A stretch of DNA of 63,643 nt, the filler included, from Octopus bimaculoides (Eukaryota): the NCBI RefSeq assembly GCF_001194135.2. It is 5 parts of 5 records of this genome, joined end to end, with 100 filler letters (N's around TTAATTAATTAA, not from the genome) between each part and the next. Parts side by side here need not be neighbours in the genome. Positions count along the whole stretch, not along the records: positions 7,009 to 26,252 come from NC_068994.1; positions 26,353 to 56,891 come from NC_068990.1; 3 more parts are not named here. One strand, 5' to 3'. The notes under the pieces are model-generated. The model made no database searches, had not been told where the DNA came from, and worked only from the letters and a program-made list of their open reading frames with translations. Position 1 is the stretch's first letter; each line of letters starts with the position of its first letter. Shown here one piece after another: positions 15,001 to 26,609 of the stretch. A program made the position numbers and the translations under genes.

Positions 15001-15703
15001 TTGTCATGAGCCGTTCACTGATGCCAACTGGTGACTCATAGTGATGGGACCAAAGCTGATCTGACAGCAAAAGTAATGGCATGCATGCGTGGGGAACCAG
15101 CAGGGTGAACTTTCTAGAAGAAAGTGTATCCCTCGCCTACCTCCGTAAGTGACCCCTCCTCAAGGAAACGAGTTTCACTGAGGGCGGCAACATCGATGTT
15201 AGAGCGTTGGAGTTCTGCCATAACAAGGGTAGTGTGGAGATTGGGACGGGAGTTTTGGTGTCACCCAGTAATGTGCAGACATTCTAGATTGCAACATTCA
15301 GAGGTTGAATTTTACTTTTAATGTTTCGACCGCTTTTGATAGACATTCCGACGGACGCGGTTATCCATCCAGATTAAGTGTGTGCGCAGACGCTTTTATA
15401 GGCCATATTTTCTAGGCCCCTCCCCATCTTGAGGTGAGCAGCGCATCCCTAAACAAGGCTGCTCAGTCATCTCAGTAGAACCGACAGACTCAGCTGCTCG
15501 TCCGGGAAGCAAACGATCATCTTTCCTCAAGGCAAAGCCCTTTGTCATCGGATGCAGATTCAGGTCATGTCCAGGCTCAAACGCTGATGGTCCGGGACTG
15601 CTTATTCGTCGGGGTATCCGCCTATTCGACGGAGTATCCGCTTATTTCGCAGCTGCCCATCATATTTGATGGGTATTCAGCTATCTTCCACCTGCCAACC
15701 CGT
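12075..15703 (-). mobile_element. Near-full-length RTE-clade LINE (APE endonuclease + RT), frameshifted
   Basis: APE motifs DVAALSETR, SAYTPT and LLGNFNVRVG. RT motifs FLDLTKAFDTIDR, GVKQGCVLTPVIFN, LQYADD, FTYLGS and LRWAGHIIRM. Short 3' tail ending gatgtccacgaaatgatga. Confidence 0.95.
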
Positions 15704-15715
15704 GCTTTTCTATGA

Positions 15716-15772
15716 GTGCTTTTCTATGAGTAACACCGGATTAATTGAATCTATATACTGTCACTTAAATTT
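15716..15772 (+). repeat. Second copy of the 57-bp duplication, preceded by an extra 14-nt copy of its first bases (15702-15715)
   Basis: gtgcttttctatga|gtgcttttctatgagtaacaccggattaattgaatctatatactgtcacttaaattt. Confidence 0.8.
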
Positions 15773-15791
15773 ATGTATGTATGTTTATACA

Positions 15792-15834
<43 letters not shown>

Positions 15835-15848
15835 GTTGAAATTGACTG

Positions 15849-15880
<32 letters not shown>

Positions 15881-17578
15881 CATACATATATGCATATATG
15901 GGTACAAAACGTCACCTACAGTAAACAACATGAAATAACAGTCAAATCTACTCCTTCCATTAGGAAACATCACACGATATGATAATAATATAATAATGAT
16001 GTGTTTGTCTTGACTGGAATGTATTTTAATCATAGCTGTGCCCTAACAGGGTGACATGTTAGTAACAGCATCAACAAAAATATTCTTGAGTAAAGTGCTG
16101 AATCATTGCGAGAATTTTTTAAATCTGTCGAAGAACGGGTTAGGGGATGTCCCTTCATTGATTTATATGAGATTATAAAAAGTTTGGGAAATATAATGGA
16201 CTAAGTATGCATATTTCAGTGCAAAACCTTCGTTAGAAAGAATCTCTCATCCATTGTAGAAACATCACAATTATGTATACCAGTACACAGTAGAAAATAG
16301 CTTAAATCATTAATCGTATAGTGTTTTGTTCTCTTCGCTGCTGTTTTTGCTGTTGAGCCACTATTTTTTTTATTCTTAACTTTTTGAATTCTAGGCTTTC
16401 CGACCATAATAATCCCGTATTGATTTTAAGAAGGCTACAACTAGGACGATATTATTCACTGCGTCCTTTCTGTTTTTAAAACGCTAGTGAGTGGTGACGA
16501 AGATTTAACTGCTATTTCTAGCGTGTCAAACAATCACATAGAAGTTCCTTGTTGACGAATAGTTATGGCTTGTGTACTTTGAGGGAGATTTGGTTATTAT
16601 TTCTTGCAGATAGACGGCTACATTGAGATTGTTTGAAAATGTAAAATGATTACCAATGATTGACCGTGTGTCTGAAAATGCCAAGAACAGATCTCATAGT
16701 GTACTATACAGCAATTGTTGTTTGGCATTTGTAATACAAGACTATATCTGTTCAGATCTATGTTGCTGAAGAATCACGGAGAAGTAGTCGTGGTGGAGGT
16801 GATAATTTTGTAAAAAAAAACAGAAACAGACAGACCTTTATTCTTAAGTTAAGTGAGAACAAGACATTTACTCAAAGAGTTGTTATGTTTCAGCTCACAT
16901 ATTTCCTAAATAGTTTTCTATCTCAAATTAGTGCTTATTAAGTACAATGTTTACTACTGTTTAAATTAAAGCAATGCCTGTTAATTTATAGTAGGCATAA
17001 ATATATGTATATATTTTCGTTTTTCTGTGTAACGATATATATAATATGTGTGTGTATGCGTGTGTATACATGTATATATTTATGTTGTATGTATATATGT
17101 GTGTGTGTGTCTGTGTATATATATATATATANNNNNNNNNNNNNNNNNNNNNNNNNNNNNNNNNNNNNNNNNNNNNNNNNNNNNNNNNNNNNNNNNNNNN
17201 NNNNNNNNNNNNNNNNNNNNNNNNNNNNNNNNNNNNNNNNNNNNNNNNNNNNNNNNNNNNNNNNNNNNNNNNNNNNNNNNNNNNNNNNNNNNNNNNNNNN
17301 NNNNNNNNNNNNNNNNNNNNNNNNNNNNNNNNNNNNNNNNNNNNNNNNNNNNNNNNNNNNNNNNNNNNNNNNNNNNNNNNNNNNNNNNNNNNNNNNNNNN
17401 NNNNNNNNNNNNNNNNNNNNNNNNNNNNNNNNNNNNNNNNNNNNNNNNNNNNNNNNNNNNNNNNNNNNNNNNNNNNNNNNNNNNNNNNNNNNNNNNNNNN
17501 NNNNNNNNNNNNNNNNNNNNNNNNNNNNNNNNNNNNNNNNNNNNNNNNNNNNNNNNNNNNNNNNNNNNNNNNNNNNNN

Positions 17579-17623
<45 letters not shown>

Positions 17624-17789
17624 TATGATTATGTGCGTGTGTATGTGCCCCACCAAATCCGATCAAGGAAGGGTAAGCAAAAATATTTTAGACAAAATAA
17701 TACCATTCTATATTTAAAGATGAGGAATTATGTACTTTATTTACATTATTTACATTTGACGGGTATTTGTCCTCATCTTGTTTGTTGTT

Positions 17790-17835
17790 AACACAACATT
17801 TCGGTTGATATACCCTCCAGCCATCATCAGGTGTC
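17790..17835 (-). ncRNA. Minimal type I hammerhead ribozyme motif (left arm)
   Basis: gacac-CUGAUGA-u-GGCUGG agggua ua UCAACC-GAAA-UGU-U-guguu. Stem I is gacac/guguu; stem II has one mismatch. Confidence 0.65.
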
Positions 17836-17896
17836 TCAGGAAGATTTCAAGCCTGGGTTCTCATTCCTAAGGTATTTTCCGATGTTGTTGTTGTTG

Positions 17897-17980
<84 letters not shown>

Positions 17981-18033
17981 TGACTGCCTGGAATCGAACA
18001 ATATTCCGAGTTCGATCCCAGGCAGTGACCTGA

Positions 18034-18106
<73 letters not shown>

Positions 18107-18206
18107 TGATGATGATGATGATGATAATAATAATAATAACACCGACAACAACAACAACATCGGACAATACCTTAGGAATGAGAACCCAGGTTCGAAATTT
18201 CCCTAA

Positions 18207-18252
18207 GACACCTGATGAAGGCTGAAGGGTATATCAGCCGAAATGTTGTGTT
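18207..18252 (+). ncRNA. Minimal type I hammerhead ribozyme motif (right arm)
   Basis: gacac-CUGAUGA-a-GGCUGA agggua ua UCAGCC-GAAA-UGU-U-guguu. Perfect 6-bp stem II, 5-bp stem I, loop-less 2-bp stem III; predicted cleavage after 18247. Confidence 0.75.
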
Positions 18253-18305
18253 AACAACAAACAAGATGAGGACAAATATCCGTCAAATGTAAATAAAGTA
18301 AATAA

Positions 18306-20274
18306 TGTAAAGAAGAGATTAAACATGAACCTATGGTCCCATACAGGCGAAATTATTACTTGGTTCCATCTTTTAAACAACAAAAACTTTTATTCCTTCC
18401 TACAATTCGACATAAATAATTACTACTCTTCTATTTTTCTAAACCTCTAAATCAAGCTCTTCTTCTAGGTAAGAACCTTACTAACCTAACCCCACTAGAA
18501 ATTAACATAATCCTAAATTCCCGCAAAACCCTTATTTTTTTAATGACAAGATCTGGTACCGGGCCAATCACCATAACAATAACCATAGCAACCATTACCA
18601 TGGGATCATCTGATTCCACCCAGGTCATTGACCTGGTTGGACTATATATACTCCACTAGCTCCAAATAGATTTCCCTAACATCAAGGGAGGCCTCTACAG
18701 GGATGACGTCTAACTAGTTACCAACGGCATAAATAAGTCCTCCTTGGAAAGAACTAGAAAGGATCTGTATAAATTCTTCTCTAACCTAAACCTGTGTATC
18801 ACATTAAAAAAACACTCACAAAACTTATAACTTTCTGGATGTAACTCTAAACTTATCAATCTCCCAATACTCCTCTTACCACAAACCTAACCAATATCTT
18901 AAATGCCTTAACATTCATTCCAATCACCACAAGTCCAACCCGTATATCGCAACCAGTATATCCGACCTCTTCCACTGAGGAAATTTTCAATAACCACGCA
19001 CCATATTACAATCAAGCACTCGCCGCTAGCGGCTTCTCCCAACAAATAAAATGCATCCATAACACCAGGCTCAAAGAATATATCTCTCAAATCACATCTC
19101 AAAGACGCACCAACCATCACAATCGCAACCGACCACACACGCTCTTTGATAGAACCTCGGGAGATCTTACATCTAGACAACCTAGACCCCACCCGCATAA
19201 AACAGCTAAAACAGCTAGCAACAACAGGCCTTACCATACTCTCCATTCTCCAAAAATATAGATAGCACTCCATTCTCCAAAAACGTAGATAGCACTACTC
19301 CAAGACACCCTAAAAAAATGGTGGGCGCTGTATTCTGTGGTACACGCCGCCTTCTCACTCAACGTTAAGAACTTGGCTAAATCTTTCTTTAAAATACTAG
19401 ACTCCAGCTTCCCTCGTCAACATAAATATCATTCTATCTTTAATAGATCCACCCTGAAACTATCCTATTCTGCCCCCCCCCCCAACTTCGAATGTATCGT
19501 AGCAGACTCTAATAAACAAAAACTTTCTCTCTACTATCAAAACTCACATAATTACTACTCTAGTTACACGAACGCTCAACACACACACAGCTCCAGCACG
19601 GAAACCCTTATATTAAACCACAACCACAACCCGACCCTACTGACACTACCAAAAACACCACCACAACCTCTGCCACTCTTACAAATAGTAACAATAGTTA
19701 CAAATAATAACAATGGTAATGATAACAATATTAGTAAAAATAACATTAATAATACTAATAGTTCAAACCTTTCTACCCCACTCTCTAACCTCTCCTCTGA
19801 CAATATTACCTACTCCATTTCTCAAAACAATATCCAAAATTCATCCACTTGCAACTGCCGTCCTGGAGCCATCACCCCTTTGCAAACCCATTGTAGAAGA
19901 TGTAATGTAATTTACAAATTCTAAAGCCATACACATAGGATCAACGATAAATTTTAAACAAAGATATGCCGCTCACCTCCATTATTTTAGATACGATAAG
20001 CATAGTAAATCTGCAACACTCGCCAATCACATACATCATCTCAAAAATACAAATATACCCTATACTTTGTCATGGTACATATTGCAAGGTTTGCCTGAAG
20101 GAGGCACTTCACATATTGAACCACAACTCTTCAACACTGCTAAATAAATATAATGAGGCCCTAAGTACATGCAACCACCGCTTTCTTCATACATTCAAAT
20201 TCTACCATAAATCCAAATGCCTAAATAGCCACACATTATATTTACACAATACCCCCTTAGATAATCCCCAATAA
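18306..20274 (+). mobile_element. Decayed, 5'-truncated Penelope-like retroelement (Naiad-type): RT, thumb, Asn/Thr-rich linker and GIY-YIG endonuclease
   Basis: Peptides across frameshifts: LWSHTGEIITWF, FLQFDINNYYSSI, ITMGSSDSTQVIDLVGLYIL, GLYRDD (YRDD at 18696-18707), NFLDVTLNL, HSIFNRSTLKLSYS, CNCR...PL..HC (19850), HIGST.NFKQRY..H, W.I, CKVCLKEALHIL...LLNKYNE...CNH. Confidence 0.9.
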
Positions 20275-20369
20275 CCTTATAAATCTACATTTTAACTTCT
20301 AATCCTTATCTGATTCCTAGTTCATACTTGAGGATCACAATTATTTAATTATATAAGTATATATATATA

Positions 20370-20470
20370 GGGAGAATTCACAAAAAAACAACAACAGACG
20401 AAGACAGGTGGTGTTGAAAACAAATGGATGTATTAGTATAACGCTCGGTAATTGAGAAAGTCTTTAATGT
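20370..20470 (-). repeat. Truncated copy of the HHR-bearing repeat seen at 28013-28223
   Basis: gggagaattcac...gacaggtggtgt...gatgtattagtataacgct...gagaaagtct.t.aatgt; homology stops just before the GAAA box. Confidence 0.7.
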
Positions 20471-20763
20471 ATGCGTGGTGTATGTACATATATGTGCAGG
20501 TGTGATATTACATATAGATACACGTATGTATGAGTTTTCGTATCTATACGTGTGTGTGTATGTAGGTGTGTACTATGTATATATGTGTGCATGTATATAT
20601 GTACGTGTATGTATGTATGTGTGTATATACGTGTGTATGTATCCATATATAAACATGCAAGCGGGTACATATGACTATATATGATTATAGGTATAGATAT
20701 TTTATATAAGTACGGATTTGTATATGAGTATGTGTAGATATATATTGTACGCATACCTGCCTC

Positions 20764-20805
<42 letters not shown>

Positions 20806-21535
20806 TCTGCATGCATGCGTTTATGTATGCATGAATTTATATATACAAAAATAGATACAAATGAGCGTGTATGTGCGTGAATGTGTGTAACATACAAGTG
20901 TTTGTATGCGTATATATGTGTTGATGTATGTTAATGTCTATATACATGTGTGGATACGTATGTGCGTATACATCTTCACAAATATAATTTCTTTATTTCT
21001 TCTACTACTCACCACTAGCCTGTCCATTTAAGCAACTTGACTTATATTCTTAATTCTTCATTGCACCTCAATTTTACTAACCTTACCTTCTCTCTACACT
21101 TTATATACCAATCCTTTATGCTCTATCACAACATCCCTGCTAACATACCTCACACTCTTTTACTCCTTACCCTCTCATATCTTCATCTCTCTCCCCCTCA
21201 CCTCTCCCTTCCTTGTATCATTTTATCCTGACCACTAGCTAACACACCTCTTTCTTCACTTGTTTATTGTCTCTCTCCCTATTTTTTTTTCTCTTCCTGT
21301 TTTTGATTTGACCTTACAAACACATTCCCAACTTTTAAGTCACTTCAAAAAGCTTCGATCGAATAACACCGTTTACAAGACTCTATGCTTGGAATGACCA
21401 GTTATAAACACCATTGGGACTCACACACAAGGTACAGGAAACTTATATATACACCATTCTGCTTAAATAATGGAACTGCAAATACAATATTTCATATCTT
21501 CTCTATAATTACTATTACTTAAACATTTTCTCGCA

Positions 21536-21586
21536 CCGTCACTGATGATAGGATACATAAAATATCCCGGAAACAGCTGTAAGACC
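21536..21586 (+). ncRNA. Hammerhead ribozyme motif in the probable 3' pLTR of the Penelope-like element
   Basis: gtca-CUGAUGA-ua-GGAUA cauaaaa UAUCC-cg-GAAA-CAGCUG-U-A-agac. Stem III ACAGCUGU is a perfect palindrome with a GUA triplet. Base of stem II and position 1.1/2.1 are mismatched. Confidence 0.6.
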
Positions 21587-21658
21587 TCTTTATAAATGTT
21601 CTGAAAACTATTCACAGCCTTGGATTTTTTTTTATCTCATTCTATTAATTTATATATA

Positions 21659-21695
<37 letters not shown>

Positions 21696-21851
21696 NNNNN
21701 NNNNNNNNNNNNNNNNNNNNNNNNNNNNNNNNNNNNNNNNNNNNNNNNNNNNNNNNNNNNNNNNNNNNNNNNNNNNNNNNNNNNNNNNNNNNNNNNNNNN
21801 NNNNNNNNNNNNNNNNNNNNNNNNNNNNNNNNNNNNNNNNNNNNNNNNNNN

Positions 21852-21902
<51 letters not shown>

Positions 21903-21943
21903 ATGTATGTATGAATATATGTGTGTGTGTGTGTGTTTGTGAA

Positions 21944-22246
21944 GGCACGTGGCATACTGGTTAGGGCAATCGGCTCACGATCGTAACATTGCGAGTTCAA
22001 TTCCCGGTGACACGTTGTGTCCTTGAGCAAGACACATTATTTCACGTTGTTCCAGTTCACTCAGCTGGCAAAAATGAGTAGTACCTGTATTTCAAAGGGC
22101 CAGCATTGTCATACTCTGTGTCACGCTGAATCTCCTTGAGAACTACGTTAAGCGTACACGTGTTTGTGGAGTGCTCAGCCGCTTGCACGTTAATTTCACG
22201 AGCAAGCTGTTCCGTTGATCGTATCAGCTGGGACCCACGCCGTCGT
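21944..22246 (+). mobile_element. tRNA-derived CORE-type SINE (resembles octopus OR2)
   Basis: tRNA head ggcacgtggc..tggttagggc...gagttcaattccc, CORE-like tgtgtccttgagcaagacac...ccagttcactcagctg, and a 3' tail shared with the OR1-like family. Confidence 0.75.
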
Positions 22247-22463
22247 NNNNNNNNNNNNNNNNNNNNNNNNNNNNNNNNNNNNNNNNNNNNNNNNNNNNNN
22301 NNNNNNNNNNNNNNNNNNNNNNNNNNNNNNNNNNNNNNNNNNNNNNNNNNNNNNNNNNNNNNNNNNNNNNNNNNNNNNNNNNNNNNNNNNNNNNNNNNNN
22401 NNNNAATTACCACAGTAAGGATTTCCATTGAAAAATAAGTATCAATTTCTCATTGCTGTGTCG

Positions 22464-22819
22464 TGGCATTCCGTCGGTTACGACGACGAGGGTTCCAATT
22501 GATCCGATCAACGGAACAGAATGCACGTGAAATTAACGTGCAAGTGGCGGATCACTCCACAGACACGTGTACCCTTAACGTAGTTCTCGGTGAGATTCAG
22601 CGTGACAGAGAGTGTGACAAGACTGGCCCTTTGAAATACAGGTACAACAGAAACAGGTAGAAAGAGTGAGAGAGAGTTGTGGTGAAAGAGTACAGCAGGG
22701 TTCACCACCATCCCTGCCGCAGCCTCGTGGAGCTTCAGGGTGTTTTCGCTCAATAAGCACTCAGAACGCGATGCTACGACCACGAGTCCGCTGCCCTAAC
22801 TACTGGGCCATTGCGCCTC
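22464..22819 (-). mobile_element. tRNA-derived SINE (resembles octopus OR1)
   Basis: Reverse complement head gaggcgcaatggcccagtagttagggcagcggactcg. Same 3' tail (gtacctgtatttcaaagggcc...gacggaatgcca) as 21944-22246, 28404-28777 and 56580-56891. Confidence 0.8.
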
Positions 22820-23540
22820 TACATTGCTGTATACTTTATAGAGAAAAGTAACTATAACTTATATAATTATGATCACATTCAAAGAGACACTTAACTCTTT
22901 TTTCTTTTCTTTCTTTCTTTCTTTCTTTATTTATTTTCTATATTTCACTTGATCAAGTTCATTTTATAACGTTAGAAGTGTTTGAATGAATATTCACTGC
23001 AGAAAGACTTTTCCTTTGATTTCAACACTAATGCTTATTTGCTAATCATTGTATATCCTCTGCAATTTTTAAACAAATTATTGAACATTGTAGTTTGTAA
23101 CATTAAAACTAGATAAGTAATTTCCACTTTTGGACAGAAAAAAGATTTCCTGCGATTGGCCGTTATCAATCGATAAAACTGAAGTTTTATGATATCTTGT
23201 CTGGCGCCAGCATAAGTAGTAGCAAGCAAAATTGCCTTTAGTATCTTACTGGATTACAAAAGTTGCTGTTATTTCTTGTTTAACCTTTGGGTCAAAAGTA
23301 TATCAGCCCTTGTCATCTCGGAGCTACAAAACAGGAAAAGTAACTCTGAATGGAAGGTGATATTACAGGCTTCTTAAGCTGCTACTTCTAGCAGACCGAA
23401 CTAATTTGTAAAGCCTCCCTCGTTGCCTTCACAAATCATTATACACACTATTTTGCCTGTGATCAGTAGCTTAATTGCTTCAGAATAATCGAAAATACGG
23501 TAGAAAAATTAAAAATAGTGTAGCTATTACAGAATAATCG

Positions 23541-23641
<101 letters not shown>

Positions 23642-24179
23642 AAATTCAAATGCGCGCATGCTTTTGAGTGTGTGAGTGTGTGACAAAAGGTAGAGCCAAT
23701 GCGCCATACATATTGAAGGCGATATATGAGTTGGGTGAGGCGATAAAATTACGTAGAGAAGAGAAAAAATTCGCATTAGTACCTAGCTAGAGGCAGCAAA
23801 ACACTGAGTTCACTTTGTCGCATTCATGTGATTACCATTCTTTCGACCATTGCCGAAACGATTATGAAGTATTAACGATTAAGGCTCTATTGTACAATAC
23901 AGTAATGAAATGAAGAATTTTGGTAAACGTCAGGCTGCTTTAAGTGGATACTGTATTCTGTAAAAGTATTTCTACCAACATCGGCTCATAGCCTCAAACA
24001 AAATTTTATTTCGTTGATAGCCTGAAGAAATTTTTTTTTTTCTGTTTTTATTTCGATTTCATTTCTTGTTCTTCACTTGATATCTCAAAACTTTGAATAA
24101 ACTTATAGCACCGTGTCACACTTTAGCAAAGTCGATAACTTTTAACTGGTTGAAGAGGGGACATTGATATCAGGTTCGC

Positions 24180-24985
24180 TGAGGACATTGATTTTCTTTT
24201 CCAGCCACATTGACATGGTAGAGACGGTCACAACGATGAGCGTACACTCATAAAGGTTGTCTACAAAATAAACATCGGAAAGACAAAAAGCATGAGAGTG
24301 CACGCAACCAGTGATGACAGTTTCACAGAGGAGAGGAAGTAGAAAATGTCAATCATTTCACATACTTGAGGGGGATGGAACAGATCAGGACATAAAAACA
24401 AGAATTGAGAACGTTGTAGCAGCCTTCATGAAACTCATACCAATCTGGAGATCACAGACCTTCTCAACAAATGCAAAACTCAGTATTTTAAAGATACAAA
24501 CGCAAATCCCTGTATTTTAAAGATATAAGCGCAAAACCTAGTATCTTAAAGATACAAACATTAACACAATGCTGCTGTACGCGTGTGTAACACGGCGAGT
24601 AAGAAAGTCTTCCACCAACAAGCTCTGAACGTTCGCGAATAGATGTCGCGGAATATCTTTCGGGTGAAATGGCAAAGCAGACACATAAACAAAGCTTTGT
24701 GGGAATAGGAGAACCAGCAGCCGATGAAAACTGGGATCAAGAAGAGAAAACGGGATGGGTTGGAAATTACCCTACGGAAGCCTGTTTCCAACATTACAAG
24801 GCAAGCCCTCTTATGGACACCACTAAGAAAAAGGAAGCGTGACAGGTCATAAACAGCTGGAGGTCCACCGAAACTGAAGCACTGGCAGGTGGCTACACCA
24901 AAGAATAACTACAGCAGAATATTGCCAAGACCGAAGCTGATGCAGATTCTCATAATGGTGGTCTATGCTTTACATGGTGGTTAAA
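24180..24985 (+). mobile_element. 3' fragment of an RTE-type LINE RT
   Basis: Frameshifted peptides INIGKTKSM, ENVNHFTYL, GTDQDIKTRI, IWRS, MLLYAC and NITRQALLW. Contains a 3x29-bp tandem repeat at 24473-24559. Confidence 0.8.
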
Positions 24986-25099
24986 TGAATAAATTATTTA
25001 TTACTACTTTCTCGCACAGAGCAAAGAGGCCAGTTCCCTGCGCCATTAAGTTCGAGAATATATTTAGATAGTGATTGTTCTGGAAAGAATGTATGTTCT

Positions 25100-25117
25100 G
25101 TGTATTTGTGTGTGTGT

Positions 25118-25192
<75 letters not shown>

Positions 25193-25422
25193 TGCGCGTG
25201 TGCGTGTGTGTGTGTGTGCGCTTGTGTGTGTGCGTGCGCTTGTGTGTCTGTATTTGTCCCCCAACTATCGCTTGACAACCGATGTTAACTTAGCGGTTAA
25301 GCAAAAGAGAACGCTAGAATAAGTACCAGGCTTACAAAGATTAAGTTCTGGGGTCTATTTGTTCGACTAAAGGCGGTGCTCCAGCATAGCCGCAGTCAAA
25401 TGACTGAAACATATAAAAGAGC
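25100..25422 (+). mobile_element. SINE family A 3' half with (TG)n
   Basis: (TG)n then tttgtcccccaactatcgcttgacaaccgatg...gaataagtaccaggcttacaaag...gcagtcaaatgactgaaac. Confidence 0.8.
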
Positions 25423-26082
25423 ATCTTTTTGAAGCACCTGTCATTCGATGGATTGATTACTGTTCTTTAGTGAATTTGCATTATAGTTTCGATCTGGACT
25501 GTTTCCAGGGTATCAGTTTGTCACACAGCTTCTCTCTTTCCTTGTTTCTTTTTCTCCGCCTCTTTTCTCTCTATCTCTCTCCCTCCTTCTCATGATTATC
25601 CTCAGATCGTCAAAGATAAGATAACTCTATACAGATCCTGCATCTTGATAACTACTGAGCTCATGAAATTTGTTGCACTAGAACATTACAAGTTTGAAGT
25701 ATGAAAGAGTCAGATTGGCTCTGAACAAATCATGCCTGTCTACTTTAATAATAACCACCTGCTGCGTTGTGTGGTAATTTACTGAGCATTTGAAAAGGCT
25801 AAGAGAATTACTCCAACAGGAAATTCGGAGGGAGTGACCCTAAGGCAGATATCTAAGGTTATATTAAATAGATAACTGAAATCCCTTGCGGTTGTTGCGA
25901 ATGTATTGGTTTGCCTTCCTTCTTGGCTTATCTTTAAATGGAGAGGTGATAAATGTATTTGGATCTAGGTATTTGGTTCTGGAAACTGTCCAGGCACAGT
26001 AGAAGTGGTTAAGTTACAGTCGCTGTAATACCGTCGACCTGACGACGAAAACAAGTTCAGCATAGCCGTGTGGATGGCGCAG

Positions 26083-26252
26083 GCGTGGCTGTGTGGTAAG
26101 AAGTTTGCTTCCCAACCACGTGGCTCGAGATTCAATCCCGCTGCGTAACACCCTGGGTGAGTGTCATCAGGCCGACCAAAGCGTTGTGAGTGGATATGGT
26201 AGAGGGAAACTGAAGGAAACCCGCCGTATATATATATATATATATACATATA
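26083..26252 (+). mobile_element. SINE family A 5' half, interrupted by a gap
   Basis: ggcgtggctgtgtggtaagaagtttgcttcccaaccac...ggaaactgaaggaaacccgccg(ta)n. Confidence 0.8.
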
Positions 26253-26609
26253 NNNNNNNNNNNNNNNNNNNNNNNNNNNNNNNNNNNNNNNNNNNNTTAA
26301 TTAATTAANNNNNNNNNNNNNNNNNNNNNNNNNNNNNNNNNNNNNNNNNNNNGGTAATAACAACCAAATACACTAAAACTAAGGCCTACTATTCAAAAAC
26401 AGAAAAAAAAACACATAAAGAAAATGTTTTTAGACATACAAGAAGATGGTATAGTCGCGGATGAAACATCTTTCTCCGATAGGTTTTGATTTGGATCTAA
26501 ACAGGTCAATACTCATCTAATGGATGATTTGAGAGATAACATAAAAAACAAGTTGCAAAACGAATGATAAAATTCAAGAAAAAGGCGAATTAAGAAAATA
26601 ATAATAATA

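Larger units (their letters stand above)
17735..18308. repeat. ~575-bp imperfect palindrome: two head-to-head copies of an HHR-bearing short element
   Basis: Arms 17735-17999 and 18010-18308 around a 10-nt loop (aatattccga). Non-microsatellite parts are roughly 90% identical. Each arm has a B-box-like GTTCGATYC, an (AAT)n tract, an HHR and an (aatgtaaat)n tail. Confidence 0.9.

Noticed and set aside
18306-20274. Possible selenocysteine (TGA) recoding, as in some Naiad elements
   Set aside because: The in-frame stops I could trace are TAG/TAA or frameshifts, and I saw no TGA at conserved Cys positions or any SECIS. Untested for the family consensus.
21944-22015. tRNA-like heads (also 22750-22819, 28715-28777, 40420-40490)
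   Set aside because: They continue into SINE bodies and lack a complete cloverleaf, so they are not tRNA genes.
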